A stretch of DNA of 64,000 nt from Octopus vulgaris (Eukaryota), in assembly GCA_951406725.2 (NCBI GenBank), contig OX597816.1:162130001-162194000 (forward strand). Reading direction: 5' to 3'. This document shows, one piece after another, positions 55,180 through 64,000 of this stretch. The position numbers and the translations under genes are program-made. Numbering within the stretch: position 1 is the stretch's first letter; every line of letters begins with the position of its first letter. Below the pieces are notes generated by a model. That model ran no database searches and was not told where the DNA came from. It worked only from the letters and a program-made list of their open reading frames with translations.

Positions 55180-56100
55180 AACAAAACCTTTCATATCTGG
55201 AAAGTGTGGACTCTGTTGAGTGTCGAAGTAGCGATTTTGCCAGATCAGTGTTGGTTATTTCTTTTGAAATTGAACTCGGAGTGTAAAACTGACATAACTA
55301 AATAACACAAAACATTTTCTCCGCCGATCTATCGATTCTGTTATCGTGTAATAATGCCAATCATGAAGATGAAACTGCAATGAACAATCGGTTTGTTCGG
55401 ATTAATTGATAGTTTACACTGTCAATGAGTAATTCCTATCCTGCGTTTAAATAGTGCAGTCATTGCATTGTATTTCATTGTATTTTTCAAAAAACATTTA
55501 ACCGAAGACTTTTTCAAATCTTAAAAGACCAGATTCAGCTCAGTGCTCAAGTGGTGAATTTATGGGATAAACAACAGTTAGATAACGAATTCTTTAGAAT
55601 CTGAACTAGGAATGTAAATCGACATAATTAAATAGCGCAAAAATTGTTTCTCTGATTCTGTTATTGATTAATAATGTTAATAATGAAGACAAATTTGTAA
55701 CGAGCAATCGGTTTGTTTGGACTAATTGATAGTTTACACATTAAATGACTACTTCCTATCCTACTTTTAGATATTTCAGTCATTGTATAGTACGTTTATT
55801 GTATTGTTCAGAAACATTTACTCGTAGACAAAAAATTAACTTCAAATTTGAAAACACTGGACTTTGTTCAGTGCCGGAGGAACGATTTGCTGGATAAGCA
55901 AATGTTAAATACAGAATTCTTTTGAATCTGAGCTCAGAATGTCAATCGACGTGATTAAATAACAAAAGGTATTTCATTTTCTAACTAACCTATCGAATCT
56001 GTTATCAATTATTAATGTTCAAAATGTAGCGGTTATCCGGTTTGTTTGGAGTAATTGATAGTTTACACTTTCAATGAGTACTTCCTACCCTGCTTTTAAA
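55180..56100 (+). repeat. Tandem repeat, ~320-bp unit, about 3 copies
   Basis: cggtttgtt.gga.taattgatagtttacac...cttcctatcct at ~55389, 55709 and 56038. Confidence 0.85.
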
Positions 56101-56357
56101 TTACATAGCTTATAACAGAAATATGGAGCTTGTGAGTTCAAAGGTTGTGTTTTCAGCAACATGGAAGCAAGAATAATATATAAAGTGTCACAAAAAACTT
56201 TCGAACAAACGTCAACAAGATAAAGGCAGCCCTGGAAAAATTGGTGCTATAAGACTTTTTGTCAAATGATTTTCATCTGCGAAGTCTGATGTAATGAACG
56301 ATATATATGAAGAGGCGGCACCAATTATCAGTAGATAATGCATGAACGTGATATTGT

Positions 56358-56524
56358 TGTTGTTAAGCAACAAGACGGGTAAGAGTGATTAGGTGATGGT
56401 CTAGGGCTTAGGGGCGGGAGACCCCAGACCTTGGAAAAAAAAACTTTGGTCGTCTTGTTGTAGTCGAGGGCTCTTCGTTGACGTCCGACACCACTGGATC
56501 TTCAGGTCCAAATTCTTGGACGGC
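56358..56524 (-). mobile_element. Short 5'-truncated retroposed insert with 15-bp TSD
   Basis: TSD tgaacgtgatattgt at 56343-56357 and 56525-56539; (AAC)n tail on the minus strand. Confidence 0.75.
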
Positions 56525-56776
56525 TGAACGTGATATTGTGAATGCATGATCGAGGTTATGCATGTGATGTGGCGATGATGTTTTGTATAGTAGGTTGTAT
56601 AGGATATTCTTAGATTTGATTCATGATTTCAGACTTCTGTTACCATCTTTGCCCTGGATGAGGAATTCACAATTTAAGCTCAAATTCACTTGAACACTGC
56701 TACGTGTTTCTTCTATCTAGCTCTCACGTACTGTATGTGTATATGTGTGTGTGTGTATGCATATAAATGCATATCC

Positions 56777-56894
<118 letters not shown>

Positions 56895-57563
56895 TTAAAC
56901 ATAAGCATCATACATATGTTCTAATGTGTTTTAAAATTTCAAAAGTCTTCATTTTACTTTTTTTTATTTGGTCTTTTCATTTAAAAAGTCGCAATAATCT
57001 TAAAAGTGTAGCATAGAGAAATCTAAATCCCGAGAGTTTTTTTTATGAATGGAACTGAGGTATTTGTGAATTTCAAATTAAGTTATTGTTCTATATTCGA
57101 AATAAAACAAACATTTACAGAATGAAAATGAAGAAAATATAGAAAGAAAGAAAATAAATATATTTCCTTATAACAGTAACTGCACAATCTGGTCTTAATT
57201 TATAACATCCCCACCATGTTTTATATGTTGAAAGCTTTGCGTTACAGAAGATATTTGATAAAGAACGAATTATATCTAGGATTGTTAGAAATATAAAAAT
57301 TATATTTTGCCATTATTTAATATGTCGTTGCATATTAATGAGTATTTAGATTTTAAAATATATAAGATAATCCTCGAGAAAAGACAGAGATAATCTGTCT
57401 AAGAATAAAGTAAGCATTAAAACTCATGCGAAAATTGCAATAATGATTAAAATTTTTCCAAGGTTCATCAATTTATAAATGGAATGCACACAGCTTCGTC
57501 CATTTAATGGGAAGTCGGGAGTAGGTATTTTATTTGATTTATTTATATTATTATTCTCATGCA

Positions 57564-57885
57564 GTGGAGTCGCAATGGCTCAGTGGTTAGGGCAGCGGAC
57601 TCACAGTCGTGAGTTTGCGGTTTCGATTCCCAGACCGAGCGTTGTGAGTGTTTATTGAGCGAAAACACCTAAAACTCCACAAGGCTCCGGCAGGGGGTGG
57701 GGGTGGCGTATTCTTTCACCACAACTTCATCTCACGCTCGGTGTCACGCTGAATCTCCCCGAGAACTACGTTAAGGGTACACGTGTCTGTGGAGTGCTCA
57801 GCCACTTGCACGTTAATTTCACGAGCGGGCTGTTCCGTTGATTGGATCAACTGGAATCCTCGTCGTCATAACCGAAAGAGTGCCA
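57564..57885 (+). mobile_element. SINE family A
   Basis: Matches 24094-24481 with an internal deletion. Confidence 0.88.
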
Positions 57886-57929
57886 TGCCGATTCTTATAC
57901 TATTCATTGAAAACATCATCATTTCTAAT

Positions 57930-58140
57930 ATTCTTTTCTACTCTAGGCACAAGGCCCGAAATTTTGGGGGAGGGGATCAGTCGATTAGATCGACCCTAGT
58001 GCGTAACTGGTACTTAGTTTATCGACCTCTGAAAGGATGAAAGGCAAAGTCGACCCCGGCAGAATTTGAACTCAGAATGTAGCGGCAGACGAAATACGGC
58101 TACGCATTTCGCCCGGCGTGCTAACGATTCTGCCAGTTCG
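57930..58140 (-). mobile_element. Family D copy
   Basis: Reverse complement of the family D head and core. Confidence 0.85.
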
Positions 58141-58427
58141 AAATGTTTTATTATATTAAAAAAATGTAATCACACAACGATGTTTAAAGTTTCATATTTC
58201 CGATGCTGAATATTGCATGATGCAGTACTTACGTAAAAATGTAATAAAATTACATAAAATAATGGCCCTAAAATATTTTAGCCAGCTTGACGAATATAAA
58301 TATTTCATTGTATAAAGATTATCGTTACTTATATAGGTTTTACATAGTAAGGAAACATCTTTTTGTTCTATATGAGTAGTTACAAGCAAACTTATATGCA
58401 TAGATACAAATATACAAATGTACACAC

Positions 58428-58469
<42 letters not shown>

Positions 58470-58755
58470 AAATGAATATTTATACATATACACATATAAA
58501 TCTATCTATCTGTCTGTCTGTCTGTCTGTCCATCTAACTGTTTGTGTGTGTCTCGTTGTACATATATCTATTTATGCATATATGTATGTATATATGTATG
58601 TATGTATGTATGTATCTATCTATCTATATATCTATTAATAATCCTGGATAAAGGATATATACATAGTTTAATATGTGATCATTAATGCGTACACATATAC
58701 GCACTCATAAATTACTGATTCAGTAGTAAATGCGTGATGTTTTATATTTCCTCAT

Positions 58756-58798
<43 letters not shown>

Positions 58799-59254
58799 TG
58801 TTTGTATGTATGTATGTGTGCGTGAGTGTGTGTGCGTGTGTAAGTATTTATGCTTCAGTTTATTCATACATGTGTGAACGTGTGTGTGTGCATTTAGTAA
58901 AAAATTATAATGGTTTCTAATCTTGGTAAAATCCATCAGTTATGAAAAGAGTCTATTAGTGGATACCTTCAAGCCCACTGCTTCACTACTGCTTATTTTA
59001 TCGATGGTGGCGAAATGAAAAGGAAAGCTGACCTCGGCGTGGTTGGAAACTCCGATGTAGAAAACCGAAAGAAATAACGTGAGATATTTTTTCGATTCTC
59101 TAACGATTGCGCCAGCTCAGCGCATTTACAGGAGTCTGTCTTCGGCAGAAGGCGAACAGTTTTTGAGAGGAGGAGGTTGAACGATACTTTAAGCCTCAGT
59201 ACTTGACTGGTATTTTCTGTTATCGACTTTGAAAGGATGAAAAGCAAAAAAAAA

Positions 59255-60115
59255 CTGTGAAAAGCCCAATAAATGGCCACAACACATTCAGTTACAACAG
59301 GAAAATTGAAAGTAACACAAGTAAATTGCAAATAATGCAGTGTTACGGAAAGAAACATGGAGTCTCTGAATAAAACACACTGTTTGAATCCAACCCAAAT
59401 GGAATTTGTTAAAATATATTAGAAATCAATGTGACTTCAAGAACAAGGCAAGAAAACTTTTAGGAAGTGACTTAGGACGGACAAGGAATATGTACAAAGT
59501 TGTTGAAAATAACAAACAGAGGTAATGAATAAACTTCAGTCGGAAAGTCTAATGACGGTCGCTTCTGATAGGATCATGTGGAGGAGTAACTGAGAACTCT
59601 GTCCCCACGACACACTTACAAATAGTGGACAGAAAAAGAACATGCATGGATGAATTATCATTGACAGAATATTGTTGCAGAGGTCCAAAAGGATAGAAAC
59701 TATTTCCTAAACGACGTACCCATCACAGCAGACGATAACATATTTCTATGAGAAATAATAAACTTTTTCAAGTATAAAGATCTGGAAAAACAGGAGACAC
59801 AACAGGAATGGTTTAACTAAACATGTGCCAACAAATACATTACAAGGAGGTGCTGAAAAGTTCCTGGATTTTGGGTAAAAGAAAATACAGGAGGATCAGT
59901 TAATTGTGATTTTATTGACTATGATCGTCTGTTTTTCTAAGCTCTGTAAAAGAACTCGGCAGTTTGGGGTTCAACAAGGTCTTACTCTCAAAGCCAGGAA
60001 CTTTTCAGCATCCCATCGTACAGAAATTGCAGGACTTACAAACATGCATAACATACAGAAAATAGTACTGACTGTCAGGGCACGCATATTATAGGGACTA
60101 TTTTCAATCCTTTTG
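59255..60115 (+). mobile_element. R4/Dong LINE relic, heavily decayed, interrupted by a MITE
   Basis: KLFKYKDLE...ANKYITEIAGLTNMHNIQKIVLTVRARIL, the RLE C-terminus. Confidence 0.7.
59843..60018. mobile_element. Tc1/mariner MITE with TA TSD
   Basis: TIRs caaggaggtgctgaaaagttcctgg and ccaggaacttttcagcatcccatcg; TA on both sides. Confidence 0.9.
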
Positions 60116-60254
60116 AAAGCATTACAGTACAACGAAACAATGCATGCGTCGAAGTCACAGGCAGATATATTTCGCTACTGAAAGATGACAACAACAACAA
60201 CAGCAACGCAAATAACAATAAAAGTGACGACGCCAGTTGTACGAACAACAACAC

Positions 60255-60326
<72 letters not shown>

Positions 60327-60355
60327 TGATGATGATGAGGATGATGATGATGATG

Positions 60356-60440
<85 letters not shown>

Positions 60441-60464
60441 ATAATAATAATAATAATAATAATA

Positions 60465-60548
<84 letters not shown>

Positions 60549-60554
60549 CAGTAA

Positions 60555-60925
60555 TAATAAGAATAAAGTAAGCAAACGATGCTGGGTCACAGATATTGCA
60601 TTCCCAGCTGACAACAAGGTATGCGATAAGGAAGAAAGAAAGGTCGATTGATATGACAGGTTAGCTTGGGAGGTTAAGCGGTTGTGATCAATATAAAAGG
60701 TGGTGGTAGTACTAATAATTGTCACAGCCCTGCTAACAGTGAGTAAAAATCTTGAGAAGTATATGGAATATATATGGGCTGCAATAAGGGCGGAGCACTT
60801 GCAGAAAATAACACTGCTTGGAACCGCTCGAATACTGCGGAAGGTGCTCGAAAAATAAGAGGTGTTACCTTAGTGAACAGCTGACACCGTTGTATATTTC
60901 CACTGTTAGAATCTGTGCAAAGGCA
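60555..60925 (+). mobile_element. R4/Dong LINE 3' end inserted in (AAT)n
   Basis: KRCWVTDIAFPADNKVCDKEERKVD*YDRLAWEVKRL*...VVVLIIVTALLTVSKNLEKY...EHLQKITLLGTARILRKVLEK*; (AAT)n on both sides. Confidence 0.88.
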
Positions 60926-60954
60926 ATAATAATAATGATAATAATAATAACAAC

Positions 60955-61030
<76 letters not shown>

Positions 61031-61370
61031 GCAGCAGCAATAATAATGATTAAAATAGGGAAGGAATAAAAAAAAGGATGTACGTATTACATATCGAACA
61101 GATGTGAGAGAGAACTTATCTAAATATGAACATGATCTAGATTTTGTTAGTTCTTACAATGAATATTTTTTTTTTATGTGTCCTTTATTTGTAAACAATC
61201 GAAGGCAAAAAAATTTATAAATGAATCTAGAAGAATATCAGATTTTGGCTTATGGAATGAGGCTCACGGAATGATGATGATGGTGGTGGTGATGAGAACA
61301 ACAACAATAACAACAATAATAATAATGATGATGATGATGATGATGATGATAATAATAATAATAATAACCC

Positions 61371-61415
<45 letters not shown>

Positions 61416-62044
61416 CAATAATAATGAAATGCGTAAGGTCATTTATGATGTGTATTTCAAGGTAAAAGGAAGGTTCAATAAAGGGATACAATATAATGAA
61501 TAACAATATTCAAAGAAAAACGAAGCTGGTATCATAAAAATTGGATGAGCTTTCATTGTTTTCTGATGTGAAACGAAAGTGAAAGTAGAAAGGTAAGACA
61601 GATAAATAGATAGGGATAGTTGGAGAGCGAGAATTAGAGGGAGAGATAAGTGGAGGCAGACGGAGAGCATTGCAAGAGTGAGAGAGAGGCAAAAAAGATG
61701 CAGATAGAGTGAAAAGGTATAGCAGAAAATATAAGCAAGAGTACAAACAATAAGCTAAGTGAATTAAAGTTATTTCTTAAGGAAGTTATCCAGCATTATT
61801 GAATGACATATAAGTCACAACAATTGACATTGTTGAAGATAGGAGCAAATTTTGGGATATCTATTTTATCAAATCTTTTGTGTGCATATGTGCGTTTGTT
61901 TGTTCTCTTTATTCTTCCTTTGTTCTGCTTTCTTGCTGTTGTTGTCGACTTCTTTTTCGTTTTCTGTTGTTTTTTTTATTTGTATTTGTAGATTGATCAA
62001 ATCAATCTCGGAATATACATTGAGACATACAGGCTCTCATTCTG

Positions 62045-62135
62045 TTACATACATGCGTCTATAAATACATACATACACACACACATATATATATGCACAT
62101 ATTCATAGGTATACATATACATGCAAGCACGCACA

Positions 62136-62201
<66 letters not shown>

Positions 62202-62367
62202 CATACATACACACACACACCTATATACATACATATATATATATATATATATACGTTTATATGTTTGTGTACGTATAAATATATTTGCTTCTAGGTACAT
62301 AATAAACAATGCTGACCTAGACATATAATCAAATAGCACATAGCTCATTCATACATATTCACATACA

Positions 62368-62400
<33 letters not shown>

Positions 62401-62406
62401 GCATAC

Positions 62407-62466
<60 letters not shown>

Positions 62467-62807
62467 GTATGTATGTGTAATACATACTTGAAAACATATG
62501 CAAATATATATAAATTCATGTGTTTATGTCTATTAATCTAGATGCATGCATATATTTACATGAACATCTACACACATACATACATACGCTTATATATATA
62601 TATGTTTGTATGTATATACAGACATAAATGTGTGTATATATATATGCGATTATGTGTGGTGGTTTGTAAATATATGTGGATATTTACATATATATTTATA
62701 TATATTTTAATATTCACATATATATATATACATACATCCATATGTGTAAATATATGCATGTATATATATATGTATGTATATATTTATAAGTGTATATTTA
62801 TATATGA

Positions 62808-62899
<92 letters not shown>

Positions 62900-63119
62900 A
62901 TATCTACACACATTTATACAAAAGCACAAAAGAGAATGCACGCAGGTTGGAGATAGATAGACAAACGTGTCTTTTGTGCAGATCGCAGCTATTTTTTAAC
63001 AACAAACGTATTCATATTTATATACAAGCATCTCACAATTATGGATATTCACAAATACATACGCATGCATACACACACTTAAGCACACACACACGTGTTT
63101 GTATCTATCTATCTATCTT

Positions 63120-63187
<68 letters not shown>

Positions 63188-63215
63188 CCTATCTATCTAT
63201 CTACCTATCTATCTC
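62045..63215. repeat. Compound microsatellite field (TA, CA, TACA, ATCT)
   Basis: Directly visible. Other (ATCT)n tracts are at 1-100, 585-762, 23448-23598, 27885-27965, 56773-56893 and 63758-63838. Confidence 0.95.
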
Positions 63216-63764
63216 ATCAACTTCTTCAAGTATCACTTGAAGAAAAAAGTGAGAGTAGAGAGGCAAGTTTTGTCTAGTGAATGTTTTAAAAAAGATGGGT
63301 GAATGTAGCAAGGATGGCACGTATGAATGACGAAGCCACCTTGACTATGATTCTATGAACCGTAAAAATTAATACAGAGAGTTGCTTATTTGCAAAAAAA
63401 AAAAAAGAAATATAACATGTGACTTCATTGACCGAGGTTACCGTGGTCTTTTCCGTAGGCTTTTCTTTCCACGGGTAAACCTCACCTGTCCTCCCCTTTA
63501 CACTTCATATTGACATTTCTGTGATAACGATCCCTATTGATCAATTATTTTTCCTCTCCCCCTTTTTTTTAACCCCCCTTTTTTGTCCTCTTTTTCTCCT
63601 TTTACGATCCCTTTTGATCGACACCCCTTTTTTTAATTTTATTTTTTATTTTATTTTTTTAATTTTTAATTTTTTTTTTTTTAAACCTTCAAAAGAAAAG
63701 CTCTACCTTGTAATTTGTTCTATCTGTGTGCAGCCCTGTGTGGCTAATAAAGAAACATATCTAC

Positions 63765-63838
<74 letters not shown>

Positions 63839-64000
63839 GACAGTCTGTCGGTTTGTCTCTCTGTCTGTCCATATATTTAGCTATTTACTAACTATATATT
63901 TGTCTGTATGTGCAGTTAGATCGACGCATATATGTTACTCTATTAGATATGGATAGATACACGTTTACATACATACGAATATATAGTATTTATAATCACT

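Overview
AT-rich, microsatellite-saturated eukaryotic DNA, either intergenic or deep intronic. The SINE families and repeat landscape look like an Octopus (coleoid cephalopod) genome; this is an inference that I could not check. I find no intact host protein-coding gene, rRNA, true tRNA or CRISPR array, and nearly all listed ORFs are translations of simple repeats. The recognisable content is transposon-derived: four tRNA-derived or SINE-like families (dozens of copies, some nested, inverted or tandem), R4/Dong-type LINE remnants in (TAA)n tracts, RTE remnants, three mariner transposase relics, pogo-, hAT- and mariner-type MITEs, an internally deleted Helitron (PIF1 helicase plus CTAG terminus), a Helentron-like fragment and a Penelope-like GIY-YIG endonuclease relic. 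The main hidden signal is about ten minimal type I hammerhead-ribozyme-like motifs, mostly with palindromic stem III. They belong to several unrelated Penelope-like pLTR or retrozyme-like repeat families, often embedded in (TA)n tracts and arranged as partial tandem and inverted repeats, most densely at 4.4-9.2 kb. Other notable structures are long inverted SINE pairs (potential ADAR substrates), locally templated duplications and two degenerate satellites. Coordinates were read by eye and most boundaries are approximate.
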